Assembly: GCA_963768305.1 (NCBI GenBank)
Contig: CAVYHE010000007.1
Coordinates: 32,001-96,000 of the forward strand
Reading direction: 5' to 3'
DNA: 64,000 nt
Origin: an uncultured bacterium
GTDB lineage: Bacteria > Margulisbacteria > WOR-1 > CAVSGV01
This document shows positions 44,861 through 54,533 of the stretch, one piece after another. Positions within the stretch are counted from its first letter, which is position 1. The number at the start of each line of letters is the position of its first letter. The translations under genes were made by a program, and so were the position numbers. Below the pieces are notes generated by a model. It was not told the origin of the DNA and did no database searches. It saw only the letters and a program-made list of their open reading frames with translations.

Positions 44861-45567
44861 CTTCGCAGTATAAGATCATTGAGTATCTTAAAATTGGCTA
44901 TGAGATTAAGCGACTGCGTGAAAATGAGTATTCCCACAAATATGAGGAAAATGCCGAACAGCACTTTGATATATAAAAGCCATTTATAATATTTTGTTAT
45001 GAGCGTGTTCGCCTGCGCCGTAAAAGCTCCAACTATTAAAAACGGAATACCAAAACCTATTGAATAAGTAAACAGAAGGCTGAACGACATCCAGGGATGC
45101 GTGGCCGCGAGGCCGAGTATGCTCCCAAGCGCCGCGCCGACGCACGGTGACCAGCCTATGGCGAACGACGCGCCGAAAACAAAAGAGGTAAGCATCCTTG
45201 AATTGAACTTAACCCTGAACCTGTATTTCCTCTCAAGGAAAGGGATCTGGAGAAGACCGGTAAGAAAGAGTCCGAAAATTATTATAACAAGTCCGCCCAG
45301 GCGGGAAAGCCACATTTGGACGGAATAAGCGGTGTCTTTCAAAATAGTATTGAGCAAAACCCCCATAACGGCGAAAACGAGCGCGAATCCCAGCACCGAG
45401 AAAACACTGCTCATGAAAAGATCTATCTGCCTGGGTTTTTCTTCGGCGGTTGATGATCCTGCAAGATATGCCAAGTATCCGGGTATGAGCGGAAGGACGC
45501 ACGGGGAAAGAAATGAGATAAGGCCGGCGATGAAAGCAAAAACAAGAGGAATATTAAGCATGTTCAT
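44857..45567 (-). CDS. ccdA: CcdA/DsbD-type thiol-disulfide membrane transporter
   Basis: SFLSPCVLP and GWSPCVG. Confidence 0.92.
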   Translation of the reverse strand: MNMLNIPLVFAFIAGLISFLSPCVLPLIPGYLAYLAGSSTAEEKPRQIDLFMSSVFSVLGFALVFAVMGVLLNTILKDTAYSVQMWLSRLGGLVIIIFGLFLTGLLQIPFLERKYRFRVKFNSRMLTSFVFGASFAIGWSPCVGAALGSILGLAATHPWMSFSLLFTYSIGFGIPFLIVGAFTAQANTLITKYYKWLLYIKVLFGIFLIFVGILIFTQSLNLIANFKILNDLILRR

Positions 45568-45597
45568 ACCTCCTTTTAAGGTTATTGAATTGAAGGC

Positions 45598-45936
45598 TCA
45601 TTTTATTTTATTATGATCGTGCGTTTTCGGCATCATTTCGGGCATCATATTATTCAAGGTCTTTGTCGCACCCTGAAGCGTATACGTGGTATAAACCAGG
45701 ATAAAGGTCAATATTACCAGAGCGATAGATATGACCATTTGCGTCATGTTAACGATTTGCTGCTTATTAAAGCGGTTTATAAGTATCTTTGTGTCGATGT
45801 CATATTTTACTTTATCATATTCCGGGATCCCTGATTCATTTTCCAATGAGATTAATTTCCTCCTTATATCTTCCAGGGAATCCTTGATCGGATCCTCCAG
45901 GAATACCCTGTCTTTCAAGTATTTAATTAAGCCCAT
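45598..45936 (-). CDS. Hypothetical single-TM protein
   Basis: 112-aa ORF with AGAGGA SD and one TM helix. Confidence 0.55.
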   Translation of the reverse strand: MGLIKYLKDRVFLEDPIKDSLEDIRRKLISLENESGIPEYDKVKYDIDTKILINRFNKQQIVNMTQMVISIALVILTFILVYTTYTLQGATKTLNNMMPEMMPKTHDHNKIK

Positions 45937-45952
45937 CGGATCCTCTCTTTAA

Positions 45953-46150
45953 ATTCAATGAATCAGCATTCTTTTTTCGAACAAGGAAATACTACTATAA
46001 TGAAAAATAAAGTCAAACATGAATGGATTTGGATGTATTATGAAATACACTGTAAAGTTCCTTATTGATATGCAAAAATATTGATAGAGAGCGCCGTCCT
46101 GTTTATATCCGTTATCAAATGGGTCTTTCTTGCCACCATCATCGGGATAT
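45953..46150 (+). pseudogene. Diverged relic of the ClC upstream region and first ~25 codons
   Basis: Aligns with 47708..47950; LIESAVLFISVIKWVFLATIIG versus LIESSVIFISVVKWVFLATIIG. Confidence 0.8.
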
Positions 46151-46222
46151 CTGTTGAACATACGCCGAGATATTAATAACTGATATCAAGGAACTGCCGA
46201 TTATAATGATTATAGGACGTTA

Positions 46223-47431
46223 TTAACTATGCTTTTTCAGGTCGAGCATATAATACATGGCCCCATATAAGTTCGTTTCATCAGAATATAATTTCCCTAC
46301 AGTGACCATTGGGGTCTTTGCCCAGGAAGATATTTGATGGAAACGCCTCAGATTAGCCAGGTAGCTCCGCACATGGGGAATGATATACTTGCCAAAATTG
46401 CAGCCTATGCCGGCGGTCAACGCAAATGTGATCGGTTTTGAGTATTCATTGAACCCATCCTGAAGCTTCTGGAAAACATAGCCCAGTATGGTCCCTTCTT
46501 TAGCGAAAATAGTATCGCTGATAGGATCTATTCTCTTGCTTTCATTCAGGATGCGCGAAACTTCCTTGTTATCAATAGTGCGAGAGTTGAATATGTGCCA
46601 GAAAAATGGGCTCTTCTCCAGTTCATTGTAAGTCAACATCGGCGGGAAGCTGCGGAGCCTGTCGCGGAGCGGCTGGTCATCAAGCGCTTTCACGCCTGCG
46701 GCGCCGATAAATCTGTTGAACAGTTTTTGAAGCGCCGGCCCTTTGACCAATGTTTCATAACAAATATCGTTGCCGCTTACATTGTCACCGTCGATCGATA
46801 TCTCGCTTTTAATTCCGCATCCGCATTTGATGGTTAACTTATTCTCGTCTGGCTTTCGCAATAAATCAAAGTAACCCAATTGCTTCACAAGATTTTTCGG
46901 GACAAGCCTGTGTCCCGGCTCAAAAGCGCCCGGGACAGGCACTATACTGTCACCATTCTTTACATAAAGCCTTCCGCCAACTCCGTTGCCGATTATAAAT
47001 GCCATCCCCAGATCGCCGTCGCACAATTTAGCAAGGGCGCCCAACGGGCTGAATTCCGCGTATGCCCCAGCCTCTCCATCATTTATGACGACAACCCTGA
47101 TCTTCCTCCTGAATGATCCTGAAAGCCTGCTCTCCAATTCATGGGCGAAAGGGATGTTTCTTTGCAGAATTCCATTCTGGTTGGGGAATTTAATGATGCT
47201 TTTGTGGTCTTTGTCGACGGGGCCGGCAATGGGAAATATTATAGTATCCTGGTCATCTGTTATTTTTTTCGCCTCTTCGAACGCAAGTCCGATCAATTGC
47301 CGACTGCTGCTGAATTTCAACTCCTTAACAGCCGGTCTGTCGATCATAGAAACTTTTCCTTTTCGATCCGTCCTGAAAGTACCTTTTCTTACCGTTCCTC
47401 CACCAAGATCAAAATGCGAAAATATTGCCAT
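46223..47431 (-). CDS. Divergent ROK-family (sugar kinase-like) protein
   Basis: DLGGG, AGPVD, NDGEAGAYAE, GNGVGG, EPGH, CGCG...CYE. Confidence 0.75.
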   Translation of the reverse strand: MAIFSHFDLGGGTVRKGTFRTDRKGKVSMIDRPAVKELKFSSSRQLIGLAFEEAKKITDDQDTIIFPIAGPVDKDHKSIIKFPNQNGILQRNIPFAHELESRLSGSFRRKIRVVVINDGEAGAYAEFSPLGALAKLCDGDLGMAFIIGNGVGGRLYVKNGDSIVPVPGAFEPGHRLVPKNLVKQLGYFDLLRKPDENKLTIKCGCGIKSEISIDGDNVSGNDICYETLVKGPALQKLFNRFIGAAGVKALDDQPLRDRLRSFPPMLTYNELEKSPFFWHIFNSRTIDNKEVSRILNESKRIDPISDTIFAKEGTILGYVFQKLQDGFNEYSKPITFALTAGIGCNFGKYIIPHVRSYLANLRRFHQISSWAKTPMVTVGKLYSDETNLYGAMYYMLDLKKHS

Positions 47432-47503
47432 AACACTTCTGCCTTTCTGTATTAAAAATAAAATGAGAGATTGACCGATTCCATCTCCGCTTAATACAAA
47501 AGA

Positions 47504-47532
47504 TTATCGACAGTTTTGCCCGGAAATTTCAC
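47504..47532 (-). promoter_or_regulatory. sigma28-like promoter, copy 3
   Basis: gTGAAA-tttccgggcaaaact(15)-GTCGATAA. Confidence 0.72.
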
Positions 47533-47867
47533 TTTTTTTGAAGATTTTTTTGGCATTTGAGAGTGAGGGGCGGGGGAAATCAGAGGTATCTTTCTAACAA
47601 CACCCGTATTTATCGATGAATTCCTGGCTGACCGGCTCCTTGCCCATTTTCTTCAATTCTTTGTTCACAATATCATAAAATACAGGAGTGCAGCAGTTGC
47701 CGATCGGATTCAATGAATAGCTTTCCCTTTTCAGCGAGAAAATACTACTATATTGAAAATAAAAGTTAAACCGAATATTAGATAGATCTTAGATGAAAAT
47801 TTTCAAGTTGCTTTTGAAAATGGAAATATACTTTAAAGTTCTCATTTGATATGTTATAAATATTGAC

Positions 47868-49232
47868 ATGCAGAAAAGACTGATAGAAAGTTCCGTCATT
47901 TTCATTTCCGTGGTCAAATGGGTCTTCCTTGCAACTATAATCGGCGTGATAGTGGGCATATCCACAGCTATTTTCATAAAACTGCTTAACATAAGCATCA
48001 CATATTCTTCAAATTATCCTTTGTATTATCTTCTGCTTCCCGTAGCTTTTTTCTTAAGCGCTTTGATGGTGGACATCCTGGCAAAAGATGCCGCAGGACA
48101 CGGCACCGAAAAAGTGATAGAAGCCGTCCATAAACGTTCCGGAAAGATAAACGCGGCTGTAGTGCCAGTCAAGCTGCTTGCGACGATCATAACTCTTGCC
48201 TCGGGGGGTTCCGCCGGAAAAGAAGGCCCTTGCGCGCAGATAGGAGGAGGGCTGTCCTCGATCTTCGCTGATATGTTCAAATTCGGCGACAAAGACAGAA
48301 GGAAGCTGGTTATTTGCGGGATAAGCGCGGGGTTCGCTTCTGTTTTCGGCACGCCGATAGCGGGCGCTATTTTCGGCGTGGAAGTGCTGTTCGTCGGCTC
48401 AATATTATATGACGTTCTGCTCCCGTCGTTTATCGCCGGTGTAACGGCATATCACATATCAACTTCAATGGGGATAACATATTTCAACGCTCCTTTGAAC
48501 TTTGTCCCTGTTTTTTCTGAATCATTTTTTATTATCGTGATACTTTCCGGGATCTTCTTCGGGCTGTGTTCCCTGCTCCTTATAGAGGCAATGAAGTATT
48601 TTGACCTCCTGGCGCGCAGAATAAAGGCCTGGGAACCGCTCAAAGGATTTATCGGCGGGTTTTTCCTGATAATCCTGACGCTTATATTCTCGAAACAATA
48701 TCTCGGTCTTGGACTGGACTCAATACTTTCATGTCTTCACGGTTCGATAGTCCCATGGTATGCATTCTTGATCAAGATCGTTTTCACTTCCATAACGCTT
48801 GCATTTGGCGGAAGCGGAGGGATAGTAACGCCTATATTTTTCGTGGGAGCCACCGCAGGAAGCTTTTTTGCACATTTATTTCATTTGGATCCCGGGACTT
48901 TCGCGGCAATAGGTTTCCTTGCCTTGCTTGCCGGAGCGGCCAATACGCCTATCGCAGCCAGCATAATGGCGGCGGAACTTTTTGGTCCTCAGATAGCTTC
49001 ATACGCCGCGGTCGCCTGTGTGATAAGTTTCCTTATGACCGGGCATAGGAGCGTTTATCCGTCCCAGATATTGTCCATGACAAAATCCGCGTCGCTGGAC
49101 GCCGAGATCGGAAAAAATATTGAGGAAGCGCATTCTGTTTATAATAAACGGGAAAAAGGCTTGATAATGAGGATATGGCAGCTTATCAGGGTCATCATAA
49201 GATCAAATTCTCTTTCCAAAAAGAAAAAATAA
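47868..49232 (+). CDS. ClC-family anion channel/antiporter
   Basis: GHGTE, GSAGKEGP, FGTPIAG, GGIVTP, NTPIA. Confidence 0.92.
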   Translation: MQKRLIESSVIFISVVKWVFLATIIGVIVGISTAIFIKLLNISITYSSNYPLYYLLLPVAFFLSALMVDILAKDAAGHGTEKVIEAVHKRSGKINAAVVPVKLLATIITLASGGSAGKEGPCAQIGGGLSSIFADMFKFGDKDRRKLVICGISAGFASVFGTPIAGAIFGVEVLFVGSILYDVLLPSFIAGVTAYHISTSMGITYFNAPLNFVPVFSESFFIIVILSGIFFGLCSLLLIEAMKYFDLLARRIKAWEPLKGFIGGFFLIILTLIFSKQYLGLGLDSILSCLHGSIVPWYAFLIKIVFTSITLAFGGSGGIVTPIFFVGATAGSFFAHLFHLDPGTFAAIGFLALLAGAANTPIAASIMAAELFGPQIASYAAVACVISFLMTGHRSVYPSQILSMTKSASLDAEIGKNIEEAHSVYNKREKGLIMRIWQLIRVIIRSNSLSKKKK

Positions 49233-49266
49233 GCTTAATATTATCGATCATCGAAGGAGGTGAAAT

Positions 49267-49525
49267 ATGAAGATAGATTCAATAAGGCTTGGCGTAGCAT
49301 CCGCTATCACCTGGGCATTCGGCATATTGCTATTGGGCATTCTTGTTTCCTGCTTCCATTGGGGAACGGTATTAATGTTAAGCTTCTCGTCAGTATATAT
49401 GGGATATGGCCCGGGCCTCGTGGGCGTGATCGTTAGGCACGCTTTGGGCGCTGGTTGACGGTTTCTGCGCCGGTTTCATTTTCGGCTTGATATTCAACAT
49501 GCTCCCGAAAATGGGGGACATTTGA
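49267..49525 (+). CDS. Small two-TM protein, holin-like family, copy 1 (indel near 49435)
   Basis: MKIDSIRLG...Y.GYG...; shifted frame gives WALVDGFCAGFIFG..FNMLPKMGDI. Confidence 0.72.
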
Positions 49526-49666
49526 GATCGTTGTGAAAATAGGCCGAGCTGTTAATGGATCGATATCTCGGCTTATTCCATAAAATTCTGGACTTCGTGG
49601 ATGCGTGGCATCTACCGATCTTGAATTGGTAAGGATTTTTCATTTAGAACTTGCTATACTTTTAAC

Positions 49667-50017
49667 GTGAAGAGTATTATTATTTATTTTATTTCTGGCG
49701 GGGCATTTGTCACTCTGATTGTTCTTCTTGAACAAAGCGGTTTTCGTCTGTTGTCAGGGCTCGCCACCCTTGTCCCGGTCTTTACCCTTATCTCGTATAT
49801 TTTCATAGGCGAAGCGGAAGGTGGCCTCGCAGTGAGCCAGCACTCGCAATTCGTCCTTTGGGGAACGATTGTTTCCTGGATACCGTATATGATCGCCATC
49901 GCCTACTTTTCTCCAAAGATAGGCCCGATCAATGCGATCATTGTCGGAATGACCGTCTTTTTTGTTCTGGCGATCGTTTTTCTTTTAATAACTTATCATT
50001 TTAAACTTTTTCAATAA
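49667..50017 (+). CDS. Four-TM small membrane protein (GlpM/DUF3147-like)
   Basis: FISGG..V, GL..L.P.FTL, hydrophobic throughout. Confidence 0.55.
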   Translation: MKSIIIYFISGGAFVTLIVLLEQSGFRLLSGLATLVPVFTLISYIFIGEAEGGLAVSQHSQFVLWGTIVSWIPYMIAIAYFSPKIGPINAIIVGMTVFFVLAIVFLLITYHFKLFQ

Positions 50018-50040
50018 GATCTAAAATAAGGAGGTGAAAT

Positions 50041-50298
50041 ATGAAAATAGATTCAATAAGGCTTGGAGCCGCAATCGGTATCGTATGGGCAGGCGGGATA
50101 TTGGTGCTGGGGATACTTGTCGCGCTCTTCGGCTGGGGAACATTGTTCATGAAGACGCTTGCTTCGATCTATCATGGTTATGGATCGAGTTTGGGAGGGA
50201 TAATAATCGGAACGGTATGGGCGCTGATCGACGGGTTTTGCGCCGGTTTCTTTGTAGGCTGGGTATTCAATTTGCTACCTAAAATGGGGGATATTTGA
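50041..50298 (+). CDS. Small two-TM protein, holin-like family, copy 2
   Basis: Y.GY....GG.IIG.VWA.IDGF..G....W.FN pattern; AAGGAGGT SD. Confidence 0.75.
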   Translation: MKIDSIRLGAAIGIVWAGGILVLGILVALFGWGTLFMKTLASIYHGYGSSLGGIIIGTVWALIDGFCAGFFVGWVFNLLPKMGDI

Positions 50299-50358
50299 AG
50301 TTTGTATAATATAGGCCGAAGCATTAACAATGCTTTAATGCACCGGCCTATTATTTCA

Positions 50359-50562
50359 TTACTTCTTCCCTTTTGTGGATATGCCGAACAACTGATAAAG
50401 AGGACAATAACCCATCAAGCTTGTTATGATAAATATGACTGCGATAACCCCAAGGATAATCGCGGCAATCCCGGATATCATCTTCAGAACATAAAGGAAT
50501 ATTACGACCAGCGCCAGCAGGACCCTGAGACATCTATCCAATGTGCTCATGTTGTTTATCAT
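50359..50562 (-). CDS. DUF2892 (YgaP-like) membrane protein
   Basis: NM..LDR..R, GYCPLY.LFGIST. Confidence 0.88.
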   Translation of the reverse strand: MINNMSTLDRCLRVLLALVVIFLYVLKMISGIAAIILGVIAVIFIITSLMGYCPLYQLFGISTKGKK

Positions 50563-50565
50563 GTT

Positions 50566-51150
50566 TCACCTCCTATAAAGCGTAATTTTTTCAGCAACGA
50601 TGAAATAATGATTTTTGCCAGATATTTTATTCTTAACTATATTGAATCCCGTATCTGCAAGAAGCTTTTGGAGCATATCAGAAGATATTCGCTCAATTAA
50701 GGGCGGCCCGTCTTCTGTTTGCGCCATCTGCCATTCAATGAGCGCAAGCTTCGCGCCTGGTTTCAGTATCCTCTGCACTTCATTAAGGAATGTTCTAGAT
50801 TCGGATAATTCGTGGGCCACCAGTATCATGGTAGCCGCGTCAAAGCTGCTGTCCGGGGCTGGTATATTGCCCGGCGTATTCAGGATAAAAGAAATATTAG
50901 TGTCTTTTGAAGTCTTTTTATTATTGCAGAAATCTATGCTGGCCTGCTGGACATCGAAACCGGTCAATTTGCCGCGTGGTTTGATGTATTCCGCAAATGC
51001 GAAACTGAAATATCCGGAGCCGCATCCGATATCAGCAACTGACATACCGTCCTTAAGCTCAAGTTCTGACGCGATCTTTTTGACGGGGATCTGTGCTGTT
51101 CTGTGAGGATCATCCAGATGCTGCAGTCTGTCCGTATCGAATAAATGCAT
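50566..51150 (-). CDS. Class I SAM-dependent methyltransferase
   Basis: ADIGCGSG, HEL, RILKPG, IEW..GPP..R. Confidence 0.9.
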   Translation of the reverse strand: MHLFDTDRLQHLDDPHRTAQIPVKKIASELELKDGMSVADIGCGSGYFSFAFAEYIKPRGKLTGFDVQQASIDFCNNKKTSKDTNISFILNTPGNIPAPDSSFDAATMILVAHELSESRTFLNEVQRILKPGAKLALIEWQMAQTEDGPPLIERISSDMLQKLLADTGFNIVKNKISGKNHYFIVAEKITLYRR

Positions 51151-51212
51151 TATGATATCAATCCTTTTGAATAGGACCGGAGGGGCAAGATCTTGCGCGC
51201 TTTCATCCGAAA

Positions 51213-52433
51213 TTACATCCGCCCATTTGTTTCTCCTTTATATATCGGAAACAATATCCTGATCTTAGCCACATTTTCCATCGCTGTATTCGCCCATCTC
51301 GGAAGCGGCTTGCTCAATGACATGTGATTTTCCGGCATCGGCTCCCAGGTATCCTTATCTTTATATTGCACCTCGACCAAGAATCTTTCAAGAAGCTTTT
51401 TTTGCCAGTCGGGAGATTCTATATCGTTTTCGTTATATCTCGGCTGAAGGAAATGCTTGAAAAATGGTGCTAATCCCTCGATCGACGGGTCGGTGGCATT
51501 GACCGGCCCGATCACCATCCACTGGGTAAGAGTGCGCGCAGTGATCATTTCCTTGCTCATGCCGTGGCCTGCCGGGATTATCTGGAATCCTCCTATCAGC
51601 CCGAGATGAGATGTCGCTATACAGATAACCCCCGCGTGGTTCGCTCTTATACGTCCTACATCAGCGTATTTGGTGCCGAGGAACCTGCCTACCCCTTCCA
51701 CAGGCCGCAATACCTGTCCGATGACCCGATCTTCTCCGTCGATATATTTAATAGTTATCAGCCCGCCGAACCTGTTCTCAAAATCTATCTCTTTCGGATA
51801 CCTCGCCGGCCGCTCAACATTGATAACGATCACATCGCCGTCTTTCGGGATATATCCGGTTTGCAAAGGAAGGAGCGCTCCGGCCGCGTCTGATGTGGAA
51901 ACAGTATTGCCGACGAAAGGAGAATATCCTCCGCCGAATATCCCCTGCCCCGCGCTGATATCGGTGTATATGGTCGCTTCCAGGCTCGATCTCAATTTAG
52001 GATCAGCTGAATAATATTCTTTGGGGACCAGGTTGAAAATAACGCCTTTGTCATCCACTGAATTATAATTCGTTTTGATATGTATAGCATTAACGGCAAT
52101 CGCCGCGACATCGCCGTCATTTATCCATTTTGAAGCCGTATATCCCTGGTCGCTGACCTGCTTCGCCGGAAGTATGACCTGCCCTACCGATGTCCAGGAA
52201 TCGCCTTTATTTTCGCTGACTTCGATGCTTCCGTCGGCAGTATTATTTATCCTTATCCTGTACATCTCGACCATCATCGGCCTGTTTTCGGGGGCAATTG
52301 ATTCTGATATGCCGATAGTAGTTAAGGAGGCGAATGAGGTTCCGTAAAGAATGATGAAACCCGCGACTAAAGTCGCGGTTAAAATCACAAATATCCGAGA
52401 CTTTAGTCTCGAGGCTTCCCATTTATTTTGCAT
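51213..52433 (-). CDS. Exported hypothetical protein
   Basis: 406-aa ORF with N-terminal TM/signal, operonic with pepA. Confidence 0.75.
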   Translation of the reverse strand: MQNKWEASRLKSRIFVILTATLVAGFIILYGTSFASLTTIGISESIAPENRPMMVEMYRIRINNTADGSIEVSENKGDSWTSVGQVILPAKQVSDQGYTASKWINDGDVAAIAVNAIHIKTNYNSVDDKGVIFNLVPKEYYSADPKLRSSLEATIYTDISAGQGIFGGGYSPFVGNTVSTSDAAGALLPLQTGYIPKDGDVIVINVERPARYPKEIDFENRFGGLITIKYIDGEDRVIGQVLRPVEGVGRFLGTKYADVGRIRANHAGVICIATSHLGLIGGFQIIPAGHGMSKEMITARTLTQWMVIGPVNATDPSIEGLAPFFKHFLQPRYNENDIESPDWQKKLLERFLVEVQYKDKDTWEPMPENHMSLSKPLPRWANTAMENVAKIRILFPIYKGETNGRM

Positions 52434-52436
52434 TAA

Positions 52437-53933
52437 TTACAAATTTTGAAAGAAATCCGCAAGCAGCCTGACGCCATATCCTGTTGCGCCGGTTGAATGA
52501 TATGAACTTCCCTTATCAAGATACGCGGTGCCAGCTATGTCGATGTGGGTCCACGGAGTATCGCCGACGAATTTCTGCAGGAATATCCCTCCCACGGATG
52601 CGCTTGCCTTTCCTCCGCTTTCCGTGCAGTTAAGGATATCTGCGTTATCGCTCTTGAGGTATTCCTTGTATTCTTCATAAAGCGGCAGCCGCCATACTTT
52701 TTCACCGGTTGTCTTGGATGAACTGATAATGCCTTTCATCGTTTCTTCGTCGGTACCCATAACTCCCGCCGCTACATCGCCAAGCGCCACCCGGCAGCCG
52801 CCTGTAAGCGTGGCAATGTCGATAAGCTTGTTAGCTCCCAGCTCTTTCGCGTATGCAAGCGCGTCAGCAAGTATCAATCTTCCTTCCGCGTCCGTGCTGA
52901 TTATTTCGATCGTTTTGCCGGACAATGAACCGATGATATCCCCCGGTTTATAAGCATTTCCGCCGGGCATGTTCTCCGTTGCGGGGATGACGGCGATAAC
53001 ATTGACCTTAAGCTTCAGTTTAGCTATCAGCCTGATTGTCTCGATAGCAACAGCGCCGCCGGCCATATCTGTCTTCATTTCGGCAAGTTTCGATGGTGGC
53101 TTAAGCGATATCCCTCCGGAATCGAACGTTATGCCTTTCCCGACAAGTCCGTAAGTGTCCTTGCTGCCTCCGTTATATTTAAGGACTATGACCTTCGGCT
53201 CTTCCTTTGAACCGCGCGCGACGGAAGCAAGAGCGTCCATTCCCTTTTTTACGATCTCTTCCCTGCCGAGTATCTGGCATTCGACTTTGGCTTCTTTTGC
53301 CATTGTGGAAGCGTATTCCGCAAGATATGTGGGAGTAACAACATTTGAAGGGGAATTGCCAAGATCTTTCGCTTTATTCGCGCATTCTGCATAAGCTTTT
53401 GCTATTTCAATTTGAGGTTCAATCGCCTTTATCTTTTCAGGGTCATAATCGACGATGATGAACTCTTCGATCAAATCTTTGTCGTCATCATCTTCCGTTT
53501 TGAATCCCTTGAATTTGTATTCTCCGAGAAGAGCTCCCTCGACTATTGCCTGAGCTGCCTGTTTCGCGTCAAGCCCGCCTATTCCCGCGCCGTGGATTAT
53601 TGTCGCGATTTTTTTTGCTTTGCAGACCTTGGCGGCTTTTACCGCCGCATCAGTCACTATCCTGACCTTATCAAGGTCAAAATCCTCGCTTTTGCCAAGC
53701 CCGACGCATATGACCTCGTTCGCTTTTATTTTCCCGCGGGTTTGCAAGGGGTATGTGCTTCCAAGTTTTCCCTTGATCGCGCCTGAAGCAAGCAATTTCG
53801 ATATTTCCCCGTCGAGGGCCTTATCCACCGCTCCCGTCGCTCCTCCCGGATGCTTAACGCCTTCGAATTCATTGATGATAAGGACATCGCATTTGCAGTC
53901 TGTAACTGACGCGGATTCAAGTCTTATCTTCAT
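52437..53933 (-). CDS. pepA: Leucyl aminopeptidase (M17)
   Basis: GKGITFDSGG, MKTDMAG, STDAEGRL, ATLTG, HIDIAG. Confidence 0.96.
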   Translation of the reverse strand: MKIRLESASVTDCKCDVLIINEFEGVKHPGGATGAVDKALDGEISKLLASGAIKGKLGSTYPLQTRGKIKANEVICVGLGKSEDFDLDKVRIVTDAAVKAAKVCKAKKIATIIHGAGIGGLDAKQAAQAIVEGALLGEYKFKGFKTEDDDDKDLIEEFIIVDYDPEKIKAIEPQIEIAKAYAECANKAKDLGNSPSNVVTPTYLAEYASTMAKEAKVECQILGREEIVKKGMDALASVARGSKEEPKVIVLKYNGGSKDTYGLVGKGITFDSGGISLKPPSKLAEMKTDMAGGAVAIETIRLIAKLKLKVNVIAVIPATENMPGGNAYKPGDIIGSLSGKTIEIISTDAEGRLILADALAYAKELGANKLIDIATLTGGCRVALGDVAAGVMGTDEETMKGIISSSKTTGEKVWRLPLYEEYKEYLKSDNADILNCTESGGKASASVGGIFLQKFVGDTPWTHIDIAGTAYLDKGSSYHSTGATGYGVRLLADFFQNL

Positions 53934-53941
53934 AATCCCTC

Positions 53942-54518
53942 CTAGAACTTAACTTTGGGAACGGCTTTAGCGTTAGATGCGGCCTCAAAATACGGCTTTG
54001 CTTTTTCAAAACCGAACCAGTGGACAAATAAAGCGGTCGGAAATATTTTTGCCGCGGTATTATAAGATTGGACGGACTGGTTGTAGCGCATTCTTTCGGT
54101 GGCAATTCGATTTTCAGTCCCCGCCAGCTCATCCTGCAGCCTGATAAAGTTATCGCTCGCCTTCAGGTTCGGATAATTTTCCGCTATGGCAAGCAATCTG
54201 GACAGCGCTGAATTCATTTCGTTCGCGGCGACTATCTTGTCCGCCTGGGAACCCATTTTTATAGCGCCGGCCAATTTTGTCCTGGCCATCTGCGACTTGA
54301 ATGAATATCGATTTTTCATGGCTGGCATAACCTTTTACTGTCTCCACAAGGTTCGGTATCAGGTCGTTCCTCCTCTGGAGCTGATTTTCAACTTGGGCCC
54401 AGGACTGTGTAACATCCTGATCCAGCGAAACTAATTTATTATACATTCCGATAGTTGATAATATCAAAATTACCAGGATCCCGACGATCCACACCCACGG
54501 CTTATTCCACTTTTCCAT
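53942..54518 (-). CDS. lemA: LemA family protein (indel near 54290)
   Basis: [19 protein letters not shown] and ENYPNLKA...LAGTENRI in two frames. Confidence 0.92.
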
Positions 54519-54533
54519 GATAATCCCTCCTTA

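Noticed and set aside
43749..45567. Split DipZ as a novel system
   Set aside because: CcdA plus a separate thioredoxin-domain gene is a common arrangement.
46177..46203. TAAC-N15-GCCGATTA as a sixth sigma28-like site
   Set aside because: The -35 box differs from the five-site consensus and no plus-strand gene follows.
47740..47867. Fluoride riboswitch before ClC
   Set aside because: No crcB-motif consensus is visible and the gene appears leaderless; the GKEGP/GIVTP motifs are not the fluoride-type GREGT/GEVTP.
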